Part shown: positions 28,355-42,272 of the stretch, piece after piece
Layout: each line of letters begins with the position of its first letter
How positions within the stretch are numbered: position 1 is the stretch's first letter
Assembly (NCBI RefSeq): GCF_009914755.1
Contig: NC_060926.1
Reading direction: 5' to 3' (one strand)
Source: the human T2T-CHM13v2.0 reference genome, Homo sapiens
DNA length: 64,000 nt
Program-made: the position numbers and the translations under genes
Notes under the pieces: model-generated
Database searches by the model: none
What the model was told of the DNA's origin: nothing
Seen by the model: only the letters and a program-made list of their open reading frames with translations

Positions 28355-29302
28355 CTAGCTATTAAAAAGTGACACTAATTTTATAGTATTGACTTTAATT
28401 TTGGAAATAGAATTTTTATGTTCATAAATGTTTATTAGTTGCTTACTGTTCTATATTTAAACAAGCAACTCATACTATAATTACAGTATAAAAATTGTCT
28501 AACGTTTACACATACCAGAAAGATACATACAGGTCATAGATAAACAATTTACAGCTTAATTTTACCTTTAGTTTGCTATAAAAATATTTGGAAACTCATT
28601 TCACCTCTGGCATCTTAATATCCTCATGAAATAGCCCCAGTTGAAATTTGAGGGGACAGGTCTTTTACCATCAACAGCTTTAGAAATCCTGGTATAAGGC
28701 ATGAGATGGTGCTGAGGTAAGTGTAGGAAGGTTCAAGGCAGAATTGATATATATCTGCCATAGGTTGGGCTGGTTCCTCAGAGGCAACCATTAAGCCAAT
28801 GTCAGTATTTACAAGTCAGAAGTAGCCCTGCTTATTGATGACATGTCACAAGCTAGGGGACTAGAACTGGAGATAAGAATCCAGCGCCAAGGGAGGAGAT
28901 TTTCAGCAAGCAGGCTCAGAAAGCTGAGGTTCTGAGAAGGTACTGAAGCCTCCCCACACAAACCGACAAGGATTAGAGGTATTAGGACTGAATTAAAATG
29001 TGGAGTGTATCTCTTAGTCTGTAGTTCGGGCATTGTTCTCTGGTGCCTTTCGAAATTTCTGTGGAGAGACTGTCCAAAGCTTCTGAAGATCCCAAAGGTA
29101 CACGATAAAACTTTATTTTTTTTTTGAGACAGTCTCGCTCTGTCACGCACACTGGAGTGCAGCGGCGAGATCTCAGCTTGCTGCAGCCTCTGCCTCCTGG
29201 GTTCAAGTCATTCTCTTGCCTCAGCCTCCCAAGTACCTGGTATTACAGGTGCCCTCTACTACGCCCAGCTAGTTTTCGGTATTTTTAACAGAGATGAGGT
29301 TT

Positions 29303-30599
29303 TGTGTCTGAAATTGGTGGGTTCTTGGTCTCACTCACTTCAAGAATAAAGCCGTGGACACTCGCCATGAGTGTTACAGTTCTTAAAGATGATGTGTCTG
29401 GAGTTTGTTTCTTATGATGTTTGGACGTGTTTGGAGTTTCTTCCTTCTGGTGGGTTCCTGGTCTTGCTGGCCTCAGGACTGAAGCTGCAGACCTTCACAG
29501 TGAGTGTTACAGCTCATAAACGCAGTGTGGACCCAAAGAGTGAGCAGCAGCAAGATTTATTGCAAAGAGCAAAATAATAAAGCTTCCACAGTGGGGAAGG
29601 AGACCCCAGTAGGTTGCCAGCTGCTGGCTTGGGCAGCCTGCTTTTTATTCCCTTATCTGGCCCCACCCACATCCTGCTGATTGGTCCATTTTACAGACAG
29701 CTGATTGGTCAGTTTTGGCAGAGTGCTGATAGGTGCATTTACAATCCCTGAGCTAGACACAGAGTGCTGATTGGTTCATTTACAATCCTTTAGCTAGACA
29801 CAAAAGTTCTACAAGCCCCCACTAGATTAGCTAGACACAGAGCACTGATTGGTGCATTTGCAAACCTTGAGCTAGACACATGGTGCAGATTGGTGCATTT
29901 ACAATCCTCTAGCTGGACATAAAAGTTCTCCAAGTCCCCACCCAACTCAAGAGCCCAGCTGGCTTCACCTAGTGGATCCTGCACCAGGGTCTGTGGTGAA
30001 GCTGCCTGCCAGTCGTGCACTGTGTGCCCACACTCCTCAGCCCTTGGGTGGTCAATGGGACCAGGCACCACAGAGCAGGGGGCAGTATGCCTACTGGGGA
30101 GGCTTGGGCCACGGTGGTAGCCCGTGGGGGGCTTGGGGCTCAGGCATGGTGGGCTGCAGGTCCTGAGCCCTGCCCCCAGGGGAGGCGGCTGAGGCTCCCT
30201 GAGAATTCCAGCATAGTGTGGGCGGGTTGGCAGTGCTTGGGGACCCGGCACACCCTCCGCAGCTGCTGGCCCAGGTGCTAAGCCCTCACTGCCTGGGCGG
30301 GGGGCTCCAAGTGCTGGCCCTGGTAGTACCCGGAACTCGCGCTGGCCCCCTGAGGCCAGCTCACCCAGAACTCGCTCTGGCCGGAGAGCGCCATGCACAG
30401 CCCTGGTTTCCGCCCACGCCTCTCCCTGCACACCTCCCCATAAGCAGAGGGAGCCGGCTTCAGCCTGGCCAGCCCAGAGAGGGGCCCCCCTACAGCGCAG
30501 TGGCAGGCTGAAGGGCTCCTCAGGCATGGCCAGAGTGGACGCAGAGGCCGAGGAGGCGCCGAGAGCGAGCGAGGGCTGCTAGCACGTTGTCACCTCTCA
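29303..30599 (-). mobile_element. Solo LTR12 (ERV9; long GC-rich LTR12C/D-like, 1297 bp)
   Basis: Minus strand begins tgagaggtgacaacgtgctagcagccctcgctcgctctcggcgcc; TG...CA termini; 4-bp TSD gttt at 29299-29302 and 30600-30603. Confidence 0.95.
29610..29910 (-). promoter_or_regulatory. ERV9/LTR12 promoter: AATAAA TATA-like box, GATA, CACCC, 5 CCAAT boxes
   Basis: tttatt 29644-29649, ttatct 29653-29658, ccccaccc ~29661, attgg at ~29680, 29704, 29770, 29848, 29889. Activity is not shown by sequence. Confidence 0.65.
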
Positions 30600-31948
30600 G
30601 TTTCACCATGTTGGCCAGGCTGATCTCATCTCAAACTGATGACCTCAGGTAATCCGCCCGCCTGGGCCTCCCAAAATGGGGGGATTACAGGCGTGAGTGA
30701 CTGCACCCAGCTGGTACATGATCAAACATTTTAAGGACCGCTATGATCAGCTCAGTAGCTTCCAGCTGTGAAGATCCCAGGAAACAGGCAGGTTGACAAG
30801 AAATAAGAGTCTACATGTGATCCACTCACCAACGTAAATAAGTCTGATCCATTGCGTATTGCCATCAAAACAATTTATTCATATGAATCTTTCAGTGAGG
30901 CTGGAAATTATTCAGACTAGGGTGCAGAACTTCTCATCCTGTATGCTCTATGAGGAAAATGTATTCAAATCTGAGGGCAAATAAGTAACTGTGATATTGA
31001 CTTTCAAGCAGAATTATAAGATTCCAAGGAAGGATTTGCATGTAAAGCAAACTGTTATTCTAGCTTTAACAATTGGTAGAATTTTAAAGTTCTAAGGTGT
31101 AAGAAATTATATATATATGTGTGTGTGTGTATGCGTGTATAATATACACACCATCTAGAATTACATAAAAATGCATTTTAAGTCGTTTTATTTACACAAA
31201 AATTATTACTCCTCATTTCAGAGCTCAAAAATAATATGCAAAACTCTCCCGCGATAATGGAATAGTACCCCAGGTGAAGAGGTGGAATTGGCAAAAACCA
31301 CATTCTCATGTCGTTGCCTCAGAAAACAGTAAGGCCTCTCTGCTTCCCCCAAACCCTAGGACTGGTTTCTCTTCCCTATTTGCCACCTTTATTTCACATT
31401 ATCTTTTTTTTATTCTTGCTGATTATGCATTTTTTCATCAAGTCCCCAACTCTCTGTACCTACAACTTTGTATCTTTTCCCTCTTTCTGCTTTCTTTTTT
31501 TACTGCTGATACAACTAGACCCCTTCCACACTTCATCTTTCTCATTAAAATGGCCCTAATTTAAAACTCAAATTTATCTCTCCCTCCTTTCTCTTTATCA
31601 AATAATTCTACCTTCTTCAGTTTTAATTATAAGCACTTAATCATAGTAATATTTTCTTTAAAAATTCTCAATTTGAAACACCATGACTCATCCCTGCCCA
31701 TTGGTACCTCCTGGTTGTGGAATCAACTCAATTTTTAAAAACACTTTCAATTTGCTTTTCACTTCATTTTCCTTCTATAAACCTAACCTGAATAAAGATA
31801 TTTGGTGAATTGAGCCACCAAATTAATTAGCTCTCAGGTAATCTCTAACAAATGGCAATTTTAAGAAATCAATCAAATAACAGAATTATTTGGTTGATAT
31901 TTTAGGGGATTATTTGAATGAATTCCCATCTTTAAAAGTGCACATCTC

Positions 31949-32282
<334 letters not shown>

Positions 32283-33339
32283 TTATTTAAAATTCCATTG
32301 TTTTTATTTGTAAATAGGGGGAAAAATGTACCATATAGTATACCTGACATATTTTCTTACAAAACACTTCGTAGATTACATTACTCTGTTTTGGATTTTT
32401 TCAGATTAACTCTAAATGAGATCACAATGAATGCAATACTCATAACAAACTTACTAACATATTTTAAGGCAATTTTGAAAGAATCATTTTGCTTCTTCCA
32501 CTCCTCAGTTCGACTTACTAAAATAAGCCATATTTCTAAAAGTTGGGTAGTTTTCCAGTATTTTAGGTGCTGCTGATTTTAAGAAATATCAAACATTGTA
32601 TAAATAAAATTGGTTGTTATAAATGATTTTATGGATTATATTCAGACTAAAGTGGTCAATTTATATCTGGATAAGACATATGATATCTGATATATTTGAC
32701 AAAATCTCATGAGGTTTTTCTAATTAATAAAATTTATTTTCTAACATGCCAAAGTGCAAGTTATGAGCTTAGAGCAGACATGTAATTTCATCTTCCAGTG
32801 GCCCAGGCCAACCCCTCCATTTCTTAGCTTGTGTAGTATCTGGGTAAAGGTTTTGAGTAATTTTTGGTGTGATTTAGAGCTATGAGAGAGTTTTCTTATT
32901 TAATAGAAGTTTAAACACTTCTATTTTTAATTTAATTTCCTGCACACACACAAAAATACTACGGTAATGATTCATTCATTGTGTTATAGACATGGCTTTG
33001 GCTTCAAGCTGCTCCCGGCATGTGACTGCATATAAAGACAAATTCTGCAAGATGTGTTATCAGTGGAATCTGCCATATTCTTACTACTCACCAAACCTTA
33101 GTAGGACTGTTTTATACAACTTATTGCCCTCAAGTTTTATTAGACTTTCTCCTTATAGTTTCTAAGTCAGAGAATTTGACCAGAAAAAAAAATGTATATC
33201 TTCTATTTTATTTTTTAAATTTAAACAATAATGTCTTTGCCATATTTACAGAACAGGGCTGTATATAGGAAGCTTTTGAGGCCAACTACAGTAAAACTCA
33301 GAGTGCAGAAAATGCATTATTGCTCTTTTCAATGCACTG

Positions 33340-33595
33340 TGAATGCCAGAGCCATTGTGTTAGATTATATTGATTCTGGTTTGACCATGTGACTAGTTTT
33401 GACCAATGGCACTTGAAGGGGTGACAGTTGCTTTAGCCTAGTCCCCCAATGAGAGGCATAGTGATTAGATCTAAATTGGATGCACAAAATACAGCAGAAC
33501 CATGTAGTCAGACTTGCAGATTCTTGCATGATTTATTGCACCTTTGGGTGTTGCATTTTCCTGAAATATTATTGCCATAAAAGGTAACTAATACA
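33340..33595 (+). mobile_element. Degraded MLT1 LTR fragment
   Basis: tttgaccatgtgactagttttgaccaatgg ... ggtaactaataca terminus. Confidence 0.35.
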
Positions 33596-33884
33596 GCTCT
33601 CTTCTGTGAGGAGACCTTATTTCCACAACACAATTGGCTTTACCCAGTTTGTGCAATGAACAGAGCTTTCAATCACAACATATTGGAAAAGTTCTCTACC
33701 TCAGAAGTAGATGATAATAAACACAACTGGACACATGTATTACTAACCTAATGCTGTTTCATATAATAATTGAATCTAGCCTGATATTAGGAATAAGGAG
33801 GTGGAAGTTAAAATGTCAATTTTCCCACCAATGTGTGTGATCTTACCAAATCACTTTGCCCATTTTTTGTTCCCATTTTCTTTA

Positions 33885-34009
33885 CTGAACTGTCAGCATG
33901 TTGATCTTGGACTTCTAACCTCCAGAACAGTGAAAAAATAAATTTCTATTGTTTAAGCCATCCAGTCGGTGTGTGTATGCTGTTATGCAAGCCCTAGCAA
34001 ACAAATACA
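33885..34009 (+). mobile_element. MaLR LTR 3' fragment (MLT1A/B-like)
   Basis: ttgatcttggacttctaacctccagaacagtgaaaaaataaatttctattgtttaagccatccagtc...gccctagcaaacaaataca. Confidence 0.7.
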
Positions 34010-36852
34010 CTTTCCTTCCAACTAACTTAGAGATCTCAATGTTCTTACCAATGATTCGGTTCTTTCTTTATCTCATCAGTCACAAAGAACGCCTAACTTC
34101 ATTACGAGAAAGTCTTTGGGATCTGCCGGTCTCTATTCCCCATGTGGCTTTTCACTTTAAATGCCAGAGCATAGCTTGTCCCAATGACTTCACACATGAT
34201 TTTCATTAAAGAAATCTCAATTCTAGGACATCTTTTAAAACACCACCAACTATCATCTTTTTAAAGAGGAAATCTCCTCGATCCTTGCCCTCATTTAAAA
34301 ATTATTAATATACAATATCTTATCTTAATAACTCTCCTGTGCCTATTTTCCCATTTTCCAGGGAAAGAAAATATTGACCCCAGTATTCTATGAAGATTCA
34401 TCCATTGCCCCTTTAAAGTTCCTTCTCATATCCTCCAATCGTAGAAATGTCTAATTGCATAGGGGTCTTGAAAATGTCCTACAATTTTCTGAGACCAGGT
34501 TTTGGTTAACACCTTCTATGCCACACTTTAATTCCTCCAGAAATGCTATCATGTGCAACCAAGTATGTTTTACATAGTTGCCAGTTCGTTAGCTAAGTCT
34601 GCCTTTTGCTCCCTGGGTTTCCATAGACAGGTTACCAATTTCCTTTAAATAATACTTGTCTCTGATTTATAATCATTCTCGAGTCTCTTTTTTCAAACTA
34701 ATCAAATCTAACATTTTCTCCTAAGAAACAGGACACAGTTTTAATCTTTAATTTTTCAGAGGTCTACTATGGTAGCTAAAACAAAAGATATGATTCATAG
34801 TTGTAGGACTGAGTTCACCTAAACATCATTTTCAGCAACTAAATATTCTAAAATATTGTGATAGATTCAAGTGAAGAGAGGCCTTGAGATACCAGAATAA
34901 CAACACTAGCGACACTGCCATCAAAGAGAACCCAGTTTAGTGGAGATATAATGCCGAATAAAGTCAGAATAGCAACAACTATGAGGTGCTACAGTGCACA
35001 CACAGGAAACGCTTCGGCTGACTTTGGGTGCGAAAAGCTGGAAAGTAAGGTGATTCTTGAAGAATAAGGTAGTTTTCAGGCCTAGGGGACTAGGAAATGA
35101 TATAATAGTTAAAGGAGATAACATAGATATAATATTGCCATGTGAAACATCATAATATGTGATTGAAAATAAAAGCAAATCAACATTGTTGAAGAACTAA
35201 ATGGTTGACAGATAATACATTCCCCTTTCTCCACAAAACAAGTTGAGATGAGAAGAATGGGGCAGACACTGATTTTACCCACAGCCATGTCTGAGAGAAG
35301 TTGTGGACATTCCTAGATCTTTATAACTTCCAAAAGTTTGTTACCTTTTTACCGTTATATCCACGCAGTAAGTATCATAAAGACTTAAGAACAGCAAAAG
35401 CAGTTGCATTCTTATGCTTAGTAACAAAAGGGGAAAACTAAGCAAATTATTTTTCTCTGTACCCAGGACTGATATGCTTAATAGCAATGTTATAATGCAA
35501 AAGAAAATAGACTGAATCCCTTTGGCTTCAAGCAAGGAAGAAAAGAGAATTTTAAAAGGCACCCTAATTCATGCAAAATGCCTTTGGAAGAAGAGGATAT
35601 TTCAGATTAACCAGCCAGGTACTGACTCTGTCAGTGTCCCTTAAATCTTAACTCCCCACTCCATTCCTTTTTCCTTTCTTTAATTCTTGGTTTCTCAATA
35701 TGCTGTTAACATATTACTTTCCTCATATACAGTGAAAATAGAGAGTTGCTGTTTGGGGTAATCTGAGAGGTATAAAGAAAGACCTTGATAGATCCAATAT
35801 TTCCCCCCACCCCTGTTACTTGAAAAATTTCTGCTTTCTTTATTTGCAAAAAATCCTATATGATATTCCATGTGCAGGAATGAGGTAGTTAAAAGGATGA
35901 AAAATAAGAGAGAAGAGATAACACCATCCAAAGAGACTTGTCTGCAGCCTAGTGCTGTTCAATAACAAAGCAGGTATCTGTCTTGCCTAGGTTAAATAAA
36001 ACATCAATTGCCCCTGTGAAATATACTTAAAATTACAATTTACGGACATGTACTGGCAATTGCAGGCACCAAAATAAATATGTTTCAGTTACAAACAGAC
36101 CACATATCAGAAAGTGTCCTAAGAGACTGATAAGCAAGGCCACGGTGGGGAGAAACATATAAAAAGGTTTGTGATGGATGAATGGGAGCAGCAAAATTTG
36201 TTTATGGCAAAGGGAAAAGAGGCACGATGTGGGAAGAAAAAATGAGAGAGAATAAATTGTTGTTTGCATGGGAAGGGACTTTTTCTGTAATGTGCTATAC
36301 TTCGCATTCAGAGATGAGGCTCCTGATAAAATGTGTTCTGGGTGGATACTTATGGTTGAAAAAAATATGTTCATAAGTTGGATTTGACAAATAAAACAAA
36401 GCAAAATTTAACAGCAACAATAAAGAATAAAGAGTTGACTGTACCCTAAATATGATTTTATTTGGGAGACCAGAAAACTAAAAGTGAAAGTTGATTAAGT
36501 AAAATAAAGTTAGGATTTTCTTTGTTATCTTCCGACTCTCCCAAAGGTTAAAGTGTTGTATTGCAACAGAGAATGCACACCTGGAAGTAAAAAGAGGCAC
36601 TTCTTTAGCTTTTAAATTATTCTTGGTGCAGATTCCACCTCACCCCACCCTTCTGGCTCCTCCATCCCCACTCCGTCTCAAGATCCCTGTCGTGATTTTG
36701 TAGACTTTGCCATGAGATATGTTAAAGTAAATTGGAAGGAAAAAAAATGTGCTTTTGTCAAAAAGTATTTGGGAGAAACTTCTATACAGCTTTAATTGCC
36801 TTGTCCAGCTGCTTGTATCTTTCCAGGAAGTTTGAGGATGAATTAAGCTATG

Positions 36853-36965
36853 TAGGATGAGCAATGTGGACTTAGTTGTCTGGGAGGGTCCCAATTTTAG
36901 CACTGAAAGTCCCACATCCTGGAAATCTCCTAAGTCCAGGTAGCATTGGTCCATTGGTCAGGCTA
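36853..36965. mobile_element. MER81-like hAT non-autonomous DNA transposon
   Basis: gtcccaattttagcactgaaagtcccacatcctggaaatctcctaagtcc core; decayed TIRs taggatgagcaa and ttggtcaggcta. Confidence 0.6.
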
Positions 36966-37763
36966 GAAATAGGAGAAATTAGCCTCTTGCCCGTAGCTAG
37001 AGTTAACGGAGTGTTAGGAGACGCAGACAGACCTTGGTACCCCTACCTATTAAGTAAAGAACCATGGGATGGAGGCAGCACTTATTAGATTGGAAAAAGC
37101 ATAAACTCTTTCCAAAGAGCCAAAGTTTCTGAGATAGGATATCTTATTCCTTGTGGGTCTATAAAAATCTGCAGACAATAGGAGCTTAGGAAAATGTCAT
37201 GACAGCCGTCACCCCTCCCAGTAAAGGACTACTTAACAAGTGAAGGGACCCAATTGAGAAGTTCTGAAGTCAACAACTCAGTAGAACAGGAGATGGTCAT
37301 TACTATGTTCCTCTAGAATTTCTTACTTCAGAAACCACAGAGTACATGTTCAGGTGAGGTGGAAAAGCCACCATCACCATATGCATTAGATAAACCCAAA
37401 CTGCCCTCATTGCTGAGCAGGCTTAGGGAATTAGCTACTGGCCAAGGCATAGGTGACTGGTTTCCAGTAATACATGGAAACGGATTAGGTGTGGGCTCCC
37501 AGAATTTTCATTGACAGAAAGATAGAAAGGAAGCAGACATAAAACATTCCATTTCCTCCAACATGCCCTCGACCCTGACATAAGCAGATAAAACTCTCTT
37601 ATTTCTGATAATAGGTGCAGTAGAAGCCTGTAAAGGTAAGAATTGAATTTAGATGGGAGGAAATTGAGTGGATATTAGGAAAATGAGGTTCAAAAGCAAA
37701 CCCTGATGGAGGTGTGTAAATGACAGTAGTTGAAATTGCAATTATTGAATTAAGTTAAAATTG

Positions 37764-37846
37764 TCCTTCTCTCTCCTGTAAATCAGCCTTATCAGTTTGA
37801 CCATGAGTAACAAACTGATAAGGCTGATTTACAGGATAAGGAAGGA
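37764..37846. repeat. Long inverted repeat / hairpin: 26-bp perfect arms, 11-nt loop
   Basis: tcctgtaaatcagccttatcagtttg (37774-37799) is the exact reverse complement of caaactgataaggctgatttacagga (37811-37836); extends imperfectly through tccttc/gaagga. Confidence 0.95.
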
Positions 37847-39189
37847 AAGATTTGGGGGTTAGGGAATATTTGCAGCTCACTCTTATACCACCATCATCTT
37901 TCTAGAAGAGATTCATTTGATTTTTTTTTTTTTTTTACTAAACGTTAATTTATACTTAAAGCACTATTTGTGTGACTTTCTAGAGAGAGGATTCTCACCT
38001 GGCCTGTAAGCAAAAGCTGACTGAACCATGTGATTACTTCTCATCACAGGACGTGCTACAAAGCCCTTCTTATGGCATACTAATAGGACAAGAATGTTAA
38101 GTTACTCAAAAGCAATCCCCAGTGTTTACCTGTCTATGTCTTCCTTGAATGACAAAAGGAATGTGAAGTCTGTGTGTTGTATAGCCAGAGGCAAATAGTG
38201 AATCAAAGCTAGGCAGGAGTGTTTCTTATTAAAATAGAATAGACTTGTCTGAGTAAACCACACTCAGAGATGTACATACCAGATATCCCACAGAAAATGG
38301 CTTACAAAGTAGCTGAACTAATTATACTTAAAAACTAAGATGGATAGAGAAGAAGGAATACTGAATGTTTGAAAATACAATTTAAATACTAAATAAGGAA
38401 GACATAATATAAGAAGGTATGGAAGAGTATAATGAGAAATGAATCTGGAAAGATTGACCATTAAAAGGGAAAGGATGACTGAATCAAGAAAGAAACAATG
38501 CAATGTATTGGGAATGCTTATTTAACTGGTTAAATTACATGTGAAAGATGTGGCTATCTTGACCAAAGAATTTCCCTAGGACAAAATATGGAATAACATT
38601 TTCTTCTTTTTTATTTGTCATATGTACCTCTTTGGTTCTAAGACATGGCAATATATTTATTAATAACCAATAACGTCAAGCTGAATCATTTTATTTAATC
38701 TGAGGATGACTCACCATACAGAAGTAGAAAAAGCGTCACCTTCAGAGTCTGAAATCCTGGCCTCCAGCCTTGAGACCATGCTTCCAATTTTTAAGGCCTT
38801 AAAAAGGCCTTACAAATTTATATAAGACTTCAGAATTTCAGTATCCTACCAATGGAATGGTAGAAAAATATGTCAATTTTAGAATTATAAGAAAGATAAT
38901 ATTCAATGACATATCTGTAAGCATTTAAAATTGCTAAATACATTCTACATTTAAAGCACGAGTATTCATAATTCTGTTTTCTTTTTCACAGCTTTCTAAC
39001 ATCTTGCTCTAGGCTGCTAGGATTTGATTGAGCTACAAGGCTCACTTTATTATTTTATGCAAATCATCTGAATGCTTGTCTGATTTCTTCAACTTACAGC
39101 TCTGCTATCCTCATGCTATTTCCCTTAATAATAATAGTAATAATAATAATATTAAGTGTCCATCATAGTGCCAGGGATCACATAGAGAC

Positions 39190-39490
39190 ATAATAATATA
39201 GGGTGGAATAAGGGAAACTTACTCTCTCTGAGTATCTCTTATGTGCTACTTGTCAGTGCACAGACCTTTCAAAGAAACTCCCAGAAAACTTATCCTCACA
39301 TCTAAATGTCGTGGCATCCCTATGCCTAAATCAATCACTGGAAAAGCAAACTTGACTACTGTGGTAAGTTAAGAGAATTTAAATCCTAAAACCCAAAGCT
39401 CCTTAGGAAGAGCCAATACATGAAGAAAATTAGGGTTTCATTGAGATGGAGAAGAGTGGGCATGTTTGGTTGACAATCATCAGTATCTAC
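39190..39490 (-). mobile_element. Old MLT1 (J/K/L-like) LTR fragment
   Basis: cctaaatcaatcactggaaaagc...aaattagggtttcattgagatggagaagagtgggcatgtttggttgacaatc. Confidence 0.45.
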
Positions 39491-42222
39491 ATACAAGCAA
39501 TATTCCTAAGTATGTAGCATTAATTATGTACTCCCATGAAAACAGAGGAATATATATAGATATAATTAAGAAGTCAGATTTTATATATGTTGAAATTATT
39601 TTTCTGATTTTTATGTTGGCAAAAAATTTTCTAATTTTCAATAATTCTAGATCTTTTCTGAAATTGTTAGAACAAGATACATTCATGGGAGACATATTAA
39701 AGGGTTAAAATTTTAGAAAAGTAAACAAATCTCTAATTCCAGGTCAACATTATATGTCATGCAATATTCAAAATCTAAATATCAGCTGCTTGCAACTACC
39801 AACAACAGAATCTGCATCGTGTGTGCAGAAAATCACACTCTGCGGAAATGGATTAAGCCAGGTGATTTTGTGTTTGTGGATGTGATTTTTACCATTGTTT
39901 TAAATTTATTTGTACATTTCTCTTCTGTTGTTAACAGAGGGAGACAGACTAATTTATATTTTACGATTTTTGTGAGAAATTGCCATGGAGATGTGGAATG
40001 GCTGCTCTGTGATTTATTTCTGTGATACATTAGAATCCTGGTAGATTAACATTCTGATCAATTCTGGTTAGAGTAACCCATATTAACACTTTCTGATGCC
40101 ACTTTTCTGTTTTTGACATCTCACTAAGTGAGGAGAAAAATGATTCTTGTGATAAAAGAAAATAAAAGTAATCTTTCTAATAAGCTACAACTTCAGAAGT
40201 TATGAATATGTGATACCACAGTGATTAACAATGACTTGTAAAATGCCTTATGAAGTGCTGACTTAAACCTGACATATAATAGTGTAAACTTTAGGTATTG
40301 TTTACTTTAGAAAAAAATGTAAGTTTCAAGATATTTCATGGAAATCAAGTAAGCTAAATTTTATTTCCGTGACTTCAGGTGAAAATCAGGAGAGGCAGGG
40401 AAAGCTTCAAAGTAATTCTGAATTCTAAAAAGGAGACTGCCTTGAAATCAAAATTCCATTTCTTTTCTAATTCTCAGCCATTCATGCATCACTGCAATCC
40501 TGTATAACACAACTTTGCTGAAGGGCTCTTGGGTAGGAATGCAAGCTGAAAACCATTGTATTTGGGATCATATCTCTTAAGGCCATGCTTATCAAACGAA
40601 TAAAGACTTTGGTTCTTTAATAAAACAACTCTTTCTTATCTATATGAACACAGTATTTTTGCAATGGAAGTTGCCTGCTCCCTGGAAAATGCTTTAGAAT
40701 ATTGAACTAAATTCACTTATGACGTCAGCTTTTTGCTAGTAGTGAATGGTTTTTCAGATGCCAACAATTGTAGATATAAAAGAAGAAACTAGTATGTTTG
40801 CACTAGTATATGCAAATCAAACCAGTACAACAACAATGATAAATGTTATCAAGTACTATAACAATAACAACAAAAACAAATCAGCTTGTTAGAGTAATAC
40901 ATAATGCAATTTAGGGTAATCAATCACATAGACATCGCATTAGGTCCACTAGATTGAATAAATATATCTATTGGTTAGTTAGTAATATCCATGGCGTTTA
41001 GATATATTCCTAAGCACTGGTCTGAGCTAAGATGAGCACTAAGAGATTACTGTCTTTCAATTTGATTAGGACCATAAGACAAATCCTTATAAGATTTATG
41101 GAATCTTTATTTTCTCATGCAATCCTATGGGGTGATTCTTATTTCCATTTTATAGAAAATATCTCTGAGTCTCAGGTTAAAAGAGTAAAGAGAGAGATGG
41201 AGAAAAATGAGATTCAAAAAGCATCAAGATAGAATCTCTCTACATTCTGCCTAGGATGCACCCCAGCTATTACAGCCACCCTGGATGACTTTACACTCAG
41301 GACTTGGCACTTAGGAGTGTTACCTACAATGTGGAAGATGGGGAAAGAACTCCCCACATACAAAGGATTCACTGTGCTCCCATTTTGCTCTCTCAGTGGG
41401 TTTGGGTATTAACCGAGGACCAGAGCCAGCATCATATACAGCACCCTGGATGTGAAGCACGCAAATCTCAGGAGAGCCATGACAGTCTCAGAGGAGATAT
41501 TAAAGAAGCTAAGCTAGAGCTTTTGCAGTGAACTGAGCAACGGCAAACCAAGGGGGATAAAATAATGCACTAAAGTTAGGAGACAAAATAATAGGTAGGA
41601 GTTAGAAGAGGCAAGATATAAAAGCTGAGGCAGGGTCAAAACAAAAGAGATATCAATAGGAAAAACACAATGGATTGATTATATGGAGTTGTATCAAATC
41701 CTGCCAATTTAAGAATGAATTGTTTTGCTACAAGGTTCTGGGAACTTTTATTTGCAGTCTATTATACTTTCACTTGGCAGACAATGGCCTATAAAGGGCT
41801 CAGTGCTCATCAGTAAACCACTGGCTAAAGTGTTGATCGACCCATTTCTTTTCTTTTACACACTTTCATGTAAGAAAATAAAGGAACTGATGTTCTCAAT
41901 TTATTCAAAATTATAGGAAAGAAGAAATGCACCAAAAAATTATGAAATGCTTCTAAATAGTTTCTAGACTATTAAAATAATTAATTTACAAAAATTTCAG
42001 GTATAAAAATTCTGGTACCCTCATTGACTGAATCCCATTTCTTCTCCCCCTGGCAAATGGCCCCTGCCTAACATTGCCCCCTCTTTGCCTCAAATAGAAG
42101 ACCTATACATGCAGGAGACCTTGTCCAAAATTTTGACTGATTCAAAATTCTAGACCACTTTAACCAGTATTCTCCTTTGGAGAGCTTCATGACCTGGACA
42201 GCTGTACCTTGCTTCCTGTTGG

Positions 42223-42272
42223 TGATAATTGATATCAATAATTATCAATAATTGATAACAATTGATAATAAT
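42223..42272. repeat. Nested short inverted repeats (TTGATA/TATCAA)
   Basis: Palindrome attgatatcaat at 42228-42239; ttatcaat-a-attgataa at 42242-42258. Confidence 0.8.

Larger units (their letters stand above)
29115..30712 (-). mobile_element. AluS (Sx-like) split by an LTR12 insertion
   Basis: Alu 29115-29302 resumes at 30600 (gtttcaccatgttggccagg); degraded TSD ggtacacgataaaacttt (29097-29114) and ggtacatgatcaaacatt (30713-30730). Confidence 0.92.

Noticed and set aside
29790-30527. 245-aa minus-strand ORF, the longest in the window
   Set aside because: Lies wholly in the GC-rich U3 of LTR12, where stop codons are rare; P/A/G-rich with no recognisable domain.
34200-35300. Possible L2 remnants or lncRNA exons
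   Set aside because: Weak resemblance only; neither boundaries nor splice pairs can be supported without alignment.
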